In this document: positions 48,805-63,228 of the stretch, piece by piece
Numbering within the stretch: position 1 is the first letter of the stretch
Layout: each line of letters starts with the position of its first letter
Source of the DNA: Malacoraja senta
Lineage: Eukaryota
Direction of reading: 5' to 3'
NCBI GenBank assembly: GCA_038087875.1
Contig: CM075987.1
Span: 18,538,001-18,602,000 of the forward strand
Length of the DNA stretch: 64,000 bases
Program-made: the position numbers and the translations under genes
Notes under the pieces: model-generated
Databases searched by the model: none
What the model saw: only the letters and a program-made list of their open reading frames with translations
Told to the model about the DNA's origin: nothing

Positions 48805-51800
48805 GTGAGGACTTGCACAAGTTACTTCTCTGTATCTGAACTGTAGGGAACCACTGCATTTAGTCCAGAGGGTTTAATTGTCATATGCACCTGAACAATG
48901 ACATTCTTACTTGCTGCAGCTTAACAGGTCTGTAAACACAATACACACATTGATAACATGAACAAAAATGTAATAAATTAACAACCACAATCCTAGTGCA
49001 GAAAAAACACACCAAAGTCCTTTGTGCAACCAAGGACAGTCCATAGAATTTCATACATAGAGTGCTGGTGTAAATCAACGGGTCAGACAGCAAATCTGGA
49101 GGATAGCGATAGGTAACGTTTCAGGTCAGGACTCTTCTTCTGACTGAAGTGACCTGAAACATTGCCTATACATGTCCTCCACAAATGCTGCCTGACCCAC
49201 TGAGTTACTTCCGCACTTTGTGTGGTTTTATTCATTCCAGCATCTGCAGTTTCTTGTTTCTCCACAGAAGTTTATAGTTGCAGTTAGTGTTGCATTGTAT
49301 TCAAGAGCCTGATGGTTGTTGGGAAGAAGCTGTTCTTGAACCTGGTGTGAGAGGTGAGGTTATGGTGGAAGGTGGCTATCGGTGAGAAACTGGCCCCAGT
49401 CAAGTTGGGGACCAGTAATGTGGAGAGTCAGTGTGTGGCTGGTGATCTACAATCGGCACAGTGGCACAGATGGTAGAGCTGCTGCCTCACAGTGCCAGAG
49501 ACCTGGGTTCGATCTTGAACTCAGGTGCTTTCTGTACAGAGTTTGCTTATTATCTCTGTGGGTTTTTTTCGGTTTCCCCCCGAATCTCAAAGGAATGCAG
49601 GTTTGTTCAATTGGCCGCAGTAACTTACCCCTTAGTGGTAAGGAGTGGATATGAAAGTGGGCTAATGTGTGAACAGCTCAGCGTGGACTCGAGGGCTTTT
49701 TCCATGCATTATCTTTAAACTAAGCTAAACTTTAAACAAGAGTTATATGAAATTATCAATGGCAACAGAATTGTTTTATTCTAAACCACATCCTTGTGTA
49801 AGTGTCTTTTAGTATCATCAGAAGAAACAAGAAACTACAGATGTTGGCATCTTGAGCTAAAAACAATGTCCTGGGGGTACTTGGGGAGTCAGGCAGCATC
49901 TGGGGAGAGAAATGGAGAGATGACATTTTGGATCAGAACCAGACTGGTTGAATAGGGGGTTGATAGCTGGAAAAGGGAGGAGGGCCAAGACAAAGCCCCC
50001 AGTTCTATTTTCAAGAATCATTTATTGACGATGTTTACTAATCTGTGAAATGAAGCAATTCATCACTACAGTTGGTAATTTTTGCGAGCTAAGGTGAATA
50101 GAGTTAACAGTTAGAACTGGATTTGGATCTATCGTGAAGATGTGAGAATCAGATGACAGCTCTCACTTTTGTTCCCATTCAGGAGTCCATGTCCAAGGCA
50201 ATGCGTCCCCCCATTGATTTGATGCATGGTTAGATGTGCTGTTCTTCAGTGACAGGGAAGTTAATCAAGTAGACTTTACAGATTAGGCTAAACAGAGCTG
50301 GTTAACATGGTGCCTTCAATCAGCAGCCTCTGGAAATAGCTAACCTGTTTCTCCAATGCAGTTTTAAGGTACTTCAATGTGCGCAAATTGGCTGCTCCGT
50401 TTGCCTGCAGATTGCCAGGTGTTGAGGGCAAGGAGGACAGAACCAATTAATGGATTGATGTCAGGCATGTTGAAGGTGGGCTGTATTCACACCCATCTTC
50501 TTGAGACCGAGATGGACATGCCTCCCTTACAAAGAAATGAGGTCCACATTACTAAAAGAAACTACAGAAAAAATAACACAAAGCACAGACTCACCATAAT
50601 GCTGGAGACACCAGGAACTGCAGATTACTTTGAGGAGATTCATCAGTGGAGTCTGAAGAAGTCGCCTGTCCATTCCCTCCTCAGATGCTGCCTGACCCAT
50701 TGCGTTCCTTGAGCATTTTGTGTTTTGCTCCCCATAATGCTGGTGGGTTGCATCTGCAGACAGCTCCTGTCATGCACACGGTGGCTTTAGCTGTACAGAC
50801 CCCATCCCCAGCCATTTATGTTGTGAAACTTCCACCGTCAATTTGCTATTTCCACTCATTTCACTTATGGGGGTTATGTGAACCATTGAGGTTCGAGTTG
50901 TGGCTTGAGTTCTTCAGGTAGTTCAAACAATAATTACAGATTCCTTGCCTCCATCCACTACCCCTCAAAGCACAAGACTTGGCACCTCCCCATTTTAATC
51001 AGTCAGCTCTTGGAAGACTTGCAAATTGGCAGTTCAATAAACTTTGGAAATACCTCCCTAAACCTCCCTGCCTCTCAACCTCCTTGCCTCTCAACCTCCC
51101 TGCCTCTCACCCTCCCTGCCTCTCAACCTCCCTGCCTCTCAACCTCCCTGCCTCTCAACTTCTTAAGACTTGGGATTTTGTCAACATCTTTGATTATATA
51201 GTATTGCTTGTTGGCAAATTTGCCAGTTTCCCCAATTCTTGTGAAACACCTTGGAATGTTTTAATCTTTCAAAAGTACCAGGTAAATCTACTTTTGTTTA
51301 TCTGAAACGGCATCTTAATAAGCATTAAATTGTGAAGGACTTTTGCAAACTTGCTGGTGGCAGTTCATGAAGTCTCACAATGATCATGGTGGTTTTTAGT
51401 CGAGAATTGGTCTTGGTTTTGCTACTGGTTTACCAATGTCACTTGGATTGAGATACTGTGAAAACGTTTCCTTGTGTGGTATCCAAACAAATCATACCAT
51501 ACATGGGTACAAACTCTTGAGTACAAAGAGAAAAAAAAGTGCAGACTATAGCATGACAGAGAAAGCGCAGATAGCAAAAAGTACATAGCTATGACAAGGT
51601 AGATTGGGAGATCAATAATGTATTCGAAGCATACAAGTAGCCTGTTCAAGAACCTGGCAGCAGCAGGGAAGAGGCTGTCCTTGAATCTGATAGCAATTGC
51701 TTTGAAGCTTTTGTGTCTTATGCCTGAAGGGAGAGGGGAACAGAGAGAACGACCTGGGTGTGAGTGACCTTTGATTATGTTAACTACTTTCCCAAGGCAG

Positions 51801-53700
51801 CATGAAGTGCAGATGGAATCGATGGAAGGGTGGGGTGGAGGGAGAGGAGGCTGGTTTGTGTGTTCGACTGGGCCGTGTCCACAACTCAATGCAAATTTTG
51901 TGGCCCTGGCCAAAACAGTTGGCAACCCAAACTGCGATGCATTTGAGTAGGATGCTTTCTACAGTGCATCTGTAGAAATTGGTAAGAATCTTTGGAGAAA
52001 TTCCAAATTTCCTTAGTCTTCTGAAGAAACATGCCAAATTTCCTTACAATCAAAGTTTTGCTCTAACAGAAACTGATGGCTATTGAGACAACTTAACACA
52101 TGCACATATAACAAATCCACATTTCACCATAAAAAAGCCACAGCATTTTAATTTAATTATGTAAACGTATATTGAATTTTATCTCATTGCAGACAAGTCT
52201 GATGAAAGACTGGATTCCCCCAATCAGAGGGGAATGAAATGGTCATTGATTCTCCTCTCCTTTTAACTGTCTAATCAGCTTTTCTTGCACTGTACTGTTC
52301 TATCCTCCATCTATCTGCTACAATACACAACCAGATTTGAAAGAACTACAGAGCTTTGACCTGGTTCATGGGTCATGGTGTTGGTTGGCTCTGTCTATAA
52401 CACACTGCCTCTGCTGCTAAATATAAGTGGAGTTCCATGTTGTGGGTTCAGGTTGGATTTTCATTCCTCAATGTTCTTGGAACTTCTGGCATTTTGTCCT
52501 GCACGCCTCATTGGATCAACATTGGCCAACTGCGCAGACAGTAGTGGCAGAGATCACAGATAGTGGGTGAACACAGTGCTGCTGCTAATGCCCGTGAGTG
52601 CCATGCATTGAACTTCTAGCACAGCACCAAGTGTTGGAGGAACTCAGTGGATCAGGCACCATCATTGGAGGGAATGGACAGACAATGTTTCGGGTTGGGA
52701 ACTTTATTCAGACTGTTTGTAAAGGGGGGGGGGGGTGGGGAGAGAGATACAGCTGAAAAGAGAGACGGGTATGGAACAAAGCCTGGCAAATGATAGGTGG
52801 ATACAGGTGAGGCGGGTTAGGATGAGGGTTCTAGATTTGTCCTAAATCTATTCCATGAGGATGTTGATGTATTCACACAATGGAGGGGGGAACCACTGAA
52901 TTGGCACGTGAGATGCCCTACATTACTGTCATGAAGAAATACAACTGAATGAATCAAATGTCTTCATAATATTCAGCAATTACATTGAAGTTTCCTGCAC
53001 CAAAGAAAACGCCACAGGGTCCACACATAATGAAAATCCCTCATTGGTGGCATCATAAATTCAAAGAGAGAAGCTATTTGGTCTATTATGTTCAACTTGT
53101 TTAAAATGAAAGGTTTGTCAACATTATTTCACAACCTACTGCACTTTGGGTGTATGAGAGGACATCATCACTAGATGTGAGCCACAAGGACCAACACAAG
53201 CAGACACATAGTATGGAAACAGGCCTTTCAGCCCAATGTGTCCATGACACCCTTGAACTAATCCCACACTAATCCCATTCTATTCTACGTAAATTCCCAT
53301 CAACTCTCCCGCATTCTACCACTTACCCACACACCCACAGCAATTTTCAGAGGTCAATTAAACTACCAACCGTTGCGTCTTTAGGATCTGAGAGGAAACT
53401 AGAGTACCTGGAGTAAACCCATGCAGTCACAGGGAGAACATGCAAACTCCACACAGACACTACCAGGGGTCAGGATCAAAGCCAGGTTTATGGAGCTGTG
53501 AGGCAGTGATTCTGCCAGCTGTGCCACCACACTGCCCAAAATTATGTATTGATGGTCTTCCATCCAAGAGACATGGTAAGGTAGAAAACAGCAGTAGAGT
53601 TGGTTTAGTCTCAAGTGCCTCCTGCCTCATATCATGTGGGGTGGAACGACACCAGGTGCATGCTTACTTATTCTTTCTATTTTTTTTATTTATTGAACAG

Positions 53701-53752
53701 TCTTTGAAGAAGATGCTGTACTTGGCCCAGGAAGAAGCCCCAAACACAGAAG
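53701..53752 (+). CDS. XPR1-like: XPR1-family second coding exon, copy B; I could not find exon 3 before the window end
   Basis: Identical to 43648-43699 at offset +10053. Confidence 0.87.
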
Positions 53753-55384
53753 GTAATAGGGTATTAGCTACAAGGAGGGGTTGGACAAACTTGGATTGTT
53801 TTCTCCAGAACACTGGAGATTGAGGGGAGACCCGAGAGAAGTCTATAAAATTATGAGAGGCGTAGATAGGGTTGACAGTCAGAACCTTTATCCCAGGGTC
53901 GAAATGTCAAAGACTAGAGGACATAGCTTTAAATTAAGAGGGGCAAAGTTTAAAGGAGATGTGCATGGCAAGTTCCTACACAGACCCAGATGGGTGCCTG
54001 GAACACGCTGCCAGGAGGTGTGGTGGATGCAGTTAAGTTAGGGGTATTTAAGAGGCGTTTAGATAGGCCCATTGGTGGGATGTGGACCCCATGCAGCAAA
54101 TGGGACAAGTTTATTTTGGCACAATGCTCGGCCCAGACAATGTGGGCCAAAGCGCCCATACCTATGCTGTACTTTTCTATGTTCTGAGTGATGTTACTAT
54201 GAGATGGAACAGCAGCATCCTCCAGAACAGATGTTGCTTCCACTATCTTGAATAGAATATCCTGACTTGCACTTGGAATTATGCCACCTTTAGTCAGTAT
54301 CCTGGACATTAATATTTAATGCTGAAATATGATTTAATTTATATATAATGAAAGAGGGCTTAGCTTCAACATTGTTCCAACAGTCAAACAGTGTTTAACA
54401 TTATTCCAAATATTTTTTTGAAGATTTACCGACTAGGATGTTATACTCTGTGCTCATGAATTCTCTCGCCAAAACATTCGATTTTCCTCCCATCTTCAAA
54501 TTAACTTTAACACCTGAGTTGGCTCAGTTAAAATTTGGTCTGATTATGTTCTTGTGAGGGGGAATCGCAATATTTCACAGTGTTAAAGGTGATATAATGT
54601 TAACTGTTCTTGTTCTTTACTTGACTTTCAACTGTGTTGGAAAAAAAACAGGCCATGATGAATAATTAACCTCCTGAATATGTTCCTATCAGGCAAGGGT
54701 GATGCTGAAGGATTTAATTAATAATCATGTCGTGCACAGCTTGAAATATGAAATGATTCTTTCTCGTCAATAATTTATCGAGGCAAAATGTTGTTCCACT
54801 GTTTGTGCTTACACTCCCAATGATATCTGTGCACAGCAGGAGAAAAAGTACTGAACAGTGTGCTGGTCACGAACACTCCCAAGAGGGAGTTTGTAGAAGT
54901 AACATTTTATTAAAATGAAACAATCATTCCTGTTCACCCTTTTTTCACGAGTTTGGAACCCCATTTAATAACAAACTGCTAGGAGGAAATGCAAAACAAT
55001 TGAATGGGGGATCTGCTTCATAGAGATCCGGTGGCAGGCTAAACAGCACAGGAGGTGAATTGACAAGAATGAAGAGGCAAGAGTATTAATTGTCATATGT
55101 ACTGGCATACAGTGAAATTCGTACTTGCTGCAGCTTAACAGGCCTGTTATAATGTAACAACATATAGTTAGTATATAATAGTTAAGTAACAATAAATTAA
55201 TAATCATCATACTAGGTAACCATAATAGTGCAAAAATAAAACCCAAAGCCCATGGTGCAACCAAAGGCACAAACCAGAGGAGATTTCGGCCCGAAACGTT
55301 GCCTATCTCCTTCGCTCCATAGATGCTGCTGCACCCGCTGAGTTTCTCCAGCATTTTTGTGTACCTTCATATTTGCTGAGGTTA

Positions 55385-55861
55385 GTGTAGGAAGGAACTG
55401 CAGATGCTGATTTAAACCAAAGATAGACATAAAAAGCTGGAGTAACTCATAGGGACAGGCAGCATCTCTGGAGAGAAGGAATGGGTGACGTTTCGGGTCA
55501 AGACACTTCTTCAGACTGGTTAGGGATAAGGGAATACAGACGATGATATAGAGATAAAGAACAATGAATGAAAGATATGCAAAAAAGTAATGATGATAAA
55601 GGAAACAGGTCATTGTTAGCTGTTTGTTGGGTGAAAACGAGAAGCTGGTGCGACCTGGGTAGGCGAGAGATAGAGAGAGAGCGAATGCCACAGTTACTTG
55701 AAGTTAGAAAAATCAATATTCATACCAAAATATCAGAAGCGAAATATGAGATGCTGTTCCTCCAATTTGCGTTTAGCCTCACTCTGACAATGGAGGAATC
55801 CTAGGACAGAAAGGTCTGTGTGGGAATGGGAAGGAGAATTAAAGTGTTTAGCAACCGGAAA
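55385..55861 (-). mobile_element. Second Penelope-like 3' fragment with hammerhead motif at 55487-55514
   Basis: Collinear with ~21165-21595; same KLEEQHLIF-encoding segment and same terminus. Confidence 0.85.
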
Positions 55862-58800
55862 GTTAGTGTTGTGAGGTTAGTGTTGTGCAGTGTTCAAGAG
55901 CCTGATGGTTGATGGGAAGAAGTTGTTCTTGAACCTAGAGGTTATGGTTCTCAGACTCCTGTCCCTTCTTCCCAATGGTAATAGTGAAATGAGCACGTGG
56001 TCAGGGTGATGTTGGCCTGTGATGATATTGTCTGCCGTTTATGTGGCTCATAAGTTCATAAGTCATAGGACCAGAAGTAGGCCATTTGGCTTGGAGTCTA
56101 CTCCACCATTCAATCATGGCTGATCTATCTTCCCCCTCTCAACCCCATTCTCCTGCCTTCATCCCGTAACCTTTTACACCCTTACTAATCAAGAACCCGT
56201 CAATCTCTGCCTTAAAATACCCAATGACGGCCTCCACAGCCGTCTGTGGCACTGACTTCCACAGATTCACCACTCACTGACTAAAGAAATTCCTCATCTT
56301 TCTAAAGGTACATCCTTTTATTCTAAAAGATCCTAAAGATCCTTTCCATAGTATGGGGAGGTTAGTACCTGTGATGAACCAAGCAGTGTGTACCACTTCG
56401 TTCCTGGACATAATACTGTCTTCCACTGCTGTTTTGCCTGGTTCTACTCTGGTCATGGTTCAGGTGGTCATTCTGGGGGCCTTCAGATGGCAGCGGTAAG
56501 CTTCCTGTGTGTTCCTCTTGACCCATTTCAACACCATGAAGATTCTCTTCCAGAATCCATTTTCCTTCGGCTGCCTTTGTGATCTGTAAATGAATAGAGA
56601 TTTAATCTTTTGGAAGTATCAGTGGATGGTGAAATAGATTGTTCTTCTACTGCAAGTAATATGTTGAAATTACAAGGAAGGTAAAACCATTACAAAGGCT
56701 GGATGTTCATCACTCCCAGGGAACTGAAGTTTACAGCCTGTGTTCTTTTCTGGAAAATGCTAACAATAACTTCTCAAAACATGCAAGAAATGCTGAGCAA
56801 TAGGCAAAGTGCTGGAGTAACTCAACGGGTCAGGCAGCATCTGGGGAGGGAATATACAGACAACATTCCATTCCATCCCCAGATGCTGCCTGATGCGCTG
56901 AGTTCTTCCAACACTTGGTGCGTTGCTCAAGATTCTAGCATCTACAGCTCCTTGTTTCCCCATATAAGAAATACTGTGGAATTTAGGAAGCTTTGACGGT
57001 ACAAGGAGATGAGGTTTATGTGAATTGAAGCTTCACAGAGTTCAAGAACTTCCAGGAAATTCGCCTGACCAGATACAATTGTCACCAGTGGACTGCAGGT
57101 TTAGAGAGAGGTAGTGCAAGGAGCTGGTTAGTTCAAAGTGTCCAAAGGTTTGGAACATGGAAAGCATAGAACAGGGTTTACATCACTGACTCAACTGTAG
57201 CTGTTGGCAAATATGCTACTTCTTTACAAACACGGAGGTAGAAAATCTTTTATTTGGCTCAATTCTCAAGAGTCAAGAGTGTTTTATTGTCATATGTCCC
57301 AGATGGAACAATTAAATTCTTACTTGCTGCAGCACAACAGAATATGTGAATATGTAAACATAGTACATAACGGGGGAAGAGAAAAACAAAAAATAAAAAG
57401 TTCAATAAATAACAAATAAAGTGCAATAATAATATAGTCTTTTGCAGTTCAGAGCTTATTCGTTGTTGTGTTTAATGGCCTGATGGTTGTAGGGAAGAAG
57501 CTGTTCCTGAACCTGGTCATTACAGTTTCCAGGCTCCTGTACCTTCTTCCTGATGGCAAAGGTGACAAATACTATTTGACTGATTCATTTGCTTCATTGG
57601 CAAACTTTCTGCCCTTAACTCACTGCATATGAAAGAGGCCCATTGCTGGTTTAATATTCCTGTCATTCTGTGAGTCATATGAGGATTATTGTTGCTTTTG
57701 GGGCACACTGTCAAAGCACCCCATAGGGTATCAAGAGGATTTGGGGCTTAATTCACTTTGTCAATAAGAAATGTCGATGCAACAAGAATCCACTGTATCT
57801 GCTCACGCATTGATGAATAGATGTGCCTGTCGATGTTTTACATTGGGACTAGTCTGCTCTCCAACCGATACAGGGAGATGAAAGTATGGAACACTGGAGC
57901 CGGCAATTCATCCGAGTTTGATTAAATTGATTGTTACATCTCTCAGCATGATAGGCAAAGGCTAATATTACTACAAAACAAAGTTAAATTCATAATGGTT
58001 TATTGTTTAGGTTTATTATTGTCATGTGTACCGAGGTACAGTGACAATCTTTTGTTTGTGTGCTATCCAATCAAATCCGATAATATTATACATGAATACA
58101 GTCAAGCCAAACGCAAGTACTATAGGTAGAGCAAAGAGAAAGATACCAGAATGCAGAATATAGTTTGCAGCATTGTAGAGTAACAGTTCCAGGGAAAAAG
58201 TCCTACACTATTGGTTGACTTCAGGACAATTAAGCCTATGGAAGGAGATAAACAGCACCGAGGATAAAAAGTTTTAGCCCAATTCTCCACAACGTCTCCG
58301 CTAATTTTTGTCCCTAAGCCAGATCTTTAAAAAAAAATGGCCGGATTAGCTCATTGCTGTTTGTGTGGTCCAATGCTGCACAATGTGGCCACTACAATCC
58401 CTGCATTCCAGCAGCGGTTACCTATCCAAAATATTTCATTTGCCACAAAAGCACTTCATAAATGAAAGTCTTTTCCTTTCTTTGCCTTTCTTTCTTTCCA
58501 ACTTGTCAAGTCTGGATCAGATAGAACAGTGCTCAACGCAGTTTAATAAATTAAAGGAGATAGGAATACAAGAGTTTAAGGACAAAATGTCACCTCTGAG
58601 AATGGTTGGATTAGTTTGAATGGCAGCTCTACTTACCCTTGCCGCAGCTGGGGAGCGTCCGGAGGTGGGAATGAGATATTGAAGGCTCAAGTAACTTGGC
58701 AGGGGTCACAAAATGTAAAATGTGAACAGGACCTACCTTGTTCACAGCTTGAGACAGCATGTCAGATTTGTAATTCACAGTGAGTATTATTGACAGCGAC

Positions 58801-59994
58801 AATATAATCAATCAAATAATGCTTTCTAGTGATTGCGACCTATTTACATTTATAAAGACGCAGATTTATCAAACTTTGAAGCCCTTGTATTTATTCTGTT
58901 CTACAACATATCAGTGGTGCTGTTACTTATGGGTGCCATGATCATGATTAGGGAAAGCCTTTGTGCTTTAAATAATACACTATGTACTTGGAAAATGGCT
59001 TCATATTCTAAGCACATTTCCTGGATACATTTAAAATGATTTATTTGGATGAATTCAAATGCATTTATCGAAAAGCCAACTTATGGCTTTAATTGTGTTG
59101 TGATGTTCATCCAAACTTCTGAATTTACAGGAAGCATTCATTACTACCTGATCCAATGTCTGCTCTTAATAAATTGCTTTGGAACTTTGAAAGATAACAT
59201 CAATTCTATCAGTTTGATTTTATCAGCCACTGTTCCCCACATACATATTCACTTCCCACACTGAATGCAGGTCATTCATAAAATAATACTGCAGATGCCA
59301 GATATCCGAAATAGTGGAAATACTCACCAGATTAGGCAACATTTGTAGAGCAGGAAACAGAGTTAACATTCTGGGTCAATGAATTTTCATCATAGTTCGT
59401 TCAATGTCTCCATATGTAGGGTTCAGGAGGTGATGGAACAAGATGTTACCTGTATCTTACACTCATCAATCTCATCAAGTAGGAACAAACTGTGTTGCTT
59501 GTTCTGCTTTCCATAATTTTCTTTGATATCAATCACATTTATCAATCTTTATCACAGCAACTCCAGTAAAGTGGACTGTCAAACTTGCCAAATCCAGCCA
59601 GGCCGTTAGGTCCAGCCTGGTGCCTTGCCTCTGTTGTACTTGTCGTGGAGTTTGGGATGGACAATGTTCTAATTGCCTTTTCCAGATTCCACCTACAAGA
59701 CTTCCTAAGTCAGTCGAATACTGTCCTTACATATAACATGGAAGGTGAAAGTCATGGCTTCCACGCTTGCCATGGCTACTGACTGCCATTTTACTGTTAG
59801 TGCTTAGTCAGACCATTATGTCCAGAGGTAGCATGGTGTCAAGTTATTAAGCTTCTCAGCACCCTGATGATACAGGACACAGCAGATCATAACAGCACCG
59901 TAGAGTCACAGAGTCATACGTCATGGAAACAGGCCCTTCAGCCCGACTCAACCATGCCATTCAAGATGCCCAACTAATCCCGTTTGCCCTTGGT

Positions 59995-60258
59995 TGACGC
60001 AGTGATTGAGCTGCTGCCTTGCAGTGCCAGAGATCCTGGTTCGATCCTAACTACAGATGCTGTCTGTACGGAGTTTGTACATTCTCCGTGAGGCTGCATG
60101 GGCTTTCTCCTGGTACTCTGGTTTCCTCCCACATTCCAAAGGCAGGTGAGTATGTAGGTTATAATTGACCTCGGTAAACTGTCCCTAATGTGCAGGATAG
60201 AACTAGTGTACAGGTAATCAATCGTTGGCCAGTTTCCATGCTGTATTTCCAAACTAAA
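59995..60258 (+). mobile_element. HE1/V-SINE-like SINE inserted in a minus-strand CR1 tail
   Basis: gacgcagtgattgagctgctgccttgcagtgccagagatcctggttcgatcc; CR1 tail sequence on both sides (~59900-60350). Confidence 0.75.
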
Positions 60259-62477
60259 TGCATACCCTTCCAAACCTTTCCTATCCATGAACATGTCCAA
60301 ATGTCTTTTTAATTTGTTATTATACTTGAGTCAACTACTTCTTCTGGCAAACTTGGAATTTTGCAGATACTTTGTTAATCATCCTCCACCAGATTCTAGC
60401 CTCTGGGCAGCCACTGTGGAAGCTGCTGAATTTCAGCAGACTTGAGGATCTTTCCACCTGTAGATATTTTATGCAAGGCTTGAAATCTTTTCCAAGGAAT
60501 GAAATGTTGCATGCGCAAAGGAATTCTGAAAACATTGCAGATTCTGAGGAAGGGAAGCAAATACTGGGATGTCAGCCCACCACAGGTTCACTATTCCACT
60601 TTGCAGGGATTTGCTTTTGGCTTTGAATCAGTGGAGGTTTCAGAATCTATCTGGGAACATGGGTGGTAACTGCGAGAACTGCCATCAAGACTGGGGCAGG
60701 GTCTTTGAGCACATACCTTCGCCAGATACCCCCTTCAGGTCAAATTATCTTGAATATTCTTAAAAATCAAATCAAATAAATGGAATAAAATAAGCGTGAA
60801 ACGTCCCAGAGTTTGGATGCAAATCTTAAACTGGATCATTAATAGTTTACATTTTCCAGAACTTCATTTGATATCAATAGCATTCACATTTACCAGTGTT
60901 TCCCATAGCAACTCCAGTAACATTAATTAATCTCAACATTAACTCCCGATGAAGCATAAATTATTGATTTCCTGCCTCAGGTGATAAAGTCATTCCCACA
61001 GCCAAATACTGTGCTTATAATTATTTATGTAACCTGTTTTCAAATGCAGTTACAATAAGTGACTAATAAAATTAAAAGTTGCATTTCTCAAGTCATCAAG
61101 TTGTTAGCAAATGAAGTGCGGATGCGTTTATAATGTATTGATTTAACGATTTGTTCTGAAACTCTGAGTAAACTCAGATAATTTCCTTCAACCGTGTTCA
61201 CATCGTACGTCAGTGAGACCCAACGAGCATTTTAGAAGTTCTTAAATATAATTCACTCCTTAAAGGTGCTAAATATCATGCATCACCGATTAAGCACAAG
61301 GCACATGTAATGGTATAAAACAACCCTAAAAAGCACACACATATTACAATCATATTGCAGGCTGGAGTTCTCATCTTAGATCTTTGCAAATCCAAATGCA
61401 TAAATTGTGAATATTTCTCTTATCCCTTATCAGATCATTCATTTTTGCTTAATGCAGTCTATAAATAGAGACTATTAACTTCTCTGTCCTTTACCAATAA
61501 CTTTAAATTTAATAATATATTTTACCAAGGTTATGATCTAATGAATAGTTCTATTCATATAACCTCCACCACAAAGTAGGGCTTTTAGTTATAAATTCAC
61601 CCTGTGCCACTTTGTACCAATCTTCAGCTTCTCTTAATCCACTGTTATGTATTTCTAAGGTAGATAAAAATGCTGGAGAAACTCAGCAGGTGAGGCAGCA
61701 TCTATGGAGCGAAGGAATAGGTGATGAACTATGTATTTCTAATTCAGTTTACTGAAGTGCACATTATTGCTTTTAGGTCGTGCATTAGTTCATTGTTCAG
61801 GGTAACTTTAATTTCCTGAATCAACAGGCAAAACCCAAAGGTTTCTATTACTAGAGGATAGAGAGAAACTTATAAAGTTAACGATTACAAAGTCTGATTA
61901 AAGCTTTCTTTACAAGCGTTTGACATAATCCACTCCTCCATAAATGCTGCAATCTCATCTCCCTTTCCAGGTTTTCTAAACAGGTTCCAGCCCCATGACC
62001 TTTACTTAACTCCTGCGGTAGTCACGGTGGGTTGCAATTCCACTGACGGCTTGTTCCTCTTCTGAGCAAACATGCAGGCAGATCTTTCCTATGTCTGAAT
62101 CCTCCTTAAGAACAAGAATAAAACAGTGCTAATCAAAAATACTTCACCAATAGTTCTTCGTTTTATACAGTGATAATGTCAGCACAGCACTGACACCTTC
62201 AGTTTTCCTTGTTTAAAGTATGATTTGTGTTGGTATGTCATTAACTCCCCAGGTTGTAGGACAAACATGATGCCAAAATGTTCGGAATAATAACCATTAG
62301 CTCCCCTATTTGTACCGTGTGATTAATGACTTCTATTTATGCAGAGTAATGAATGTTATTGTGCACAACTGATGCCCACCAGAAGTGCTTGATCTACTGT
62401 GTGCCAATATGTGTGTCAGACAAAATGTTCACCAGTTGTTCTATTTGTAGGTTGCAAATTATTGCACAAGTTGAATG

Positions 62478-62995
62478 TGCCCGAGACATTTTCCACCCCG
62501 GTCATTCCTACTTCTCCCCACTTCCTCCAGGCAGAAGATACAGAAGCTTGAAAGTGCGCACCACCAGACTCAGTAACAGTTTCTTCCCCTCTGTTATCGG
62601 GCTCCTGAATGGTCCTTCCATAAGCTAGTGTACTGTCTGTTTCTGGACTTTGGTCAATGGAACCATTGTCTCTGGAACTGTTACCCGACAATGCTGAGAA
62701 CTATATTCTGCACTCTGTATCTTCCCCTTCACTTTACCTATTGAACTTGAGTTTGGCTTGATTGCATTTATGTATAGTATTATCTGAAGAAGGGTCTCGA
62801 CCCAAAACATCACCCATTCCTTCTCTCCAGAGATACTGCCTGTCCTGCTGAGTTACTCCAGCTTTTTGTGTCTATCTTCGGTTTAAACCAGCATCAGCAG
62901 TTCCTTCCTACACGTATTATCTGATATGATTGGACAGCATGCAAGTCAAAGCTTTTCAATGTATCTCAGTACACATGACAATAAAAAACTAAAAC
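62478..62995 (+). mobile_element. Rex1/L2-group LINE 3' fragment
   Basis: HPGHSYFSPLPPGRRYRSLKVRTTRLSNSFFPSVIGLLN plus 3' tail. Confidence 0.8.
62784..62913 (+). mobile_element. Short PLE terminal-repeat copy inserted in a LINE tail, 11-bp TSD
   Basis: GTATTATCTGA at 62777-62787 and 62914-62924; begins at the hammerhead core (GAAA mutated to AAAA). Confidence 0.8.
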
Positions 62996-63228
62996 CCAAA
63001 TGTAATCTCTCATTTGTATAATCTAAAAAAACATTAGTGGATATCACAGGTATACATGAACTGATGTTTGAACAATGAGATGAACGTGGAAAGAGGAACG
63101 GAGATGCTGACTGACCTGCTGAGTATTTCCAGCATTTTTTTAAATGACAGATTTTCAGCATCTGCAGTTTTTTAACTGATTTCCAATAGGATTAATGCAG
63201 CGGGTACAGTCAAGTTACTAACCGAAAC

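Larger units (their letters stand above)
44417..54269 (+). repeat. 9,853-bp block, copy B (probable false duplication from overlapping contig ends); all repeats listed for 34364-44216 recur here at +10053
   Basis: Starts cgagacccttcttc (= 34364) and ends aatatcctgacttg (= 44216). Confidence 0.97.

Noticed and set aside
44417-54269. Real tandem duplication producing two XPR promoters or N-termini
   Set aside because: Apparent complete identity and exact adjacency to a fixed-size gap favour an assembly overlap; reported as an artefact instead.
60367-60626. Acceptor-like ttttgcag plus open frame as a candidate XPR exon 3
   Set aside because: Translation shows no similarity to the expected [26 protein letters not shown] segment; exon 3 probably lies beyond the window.
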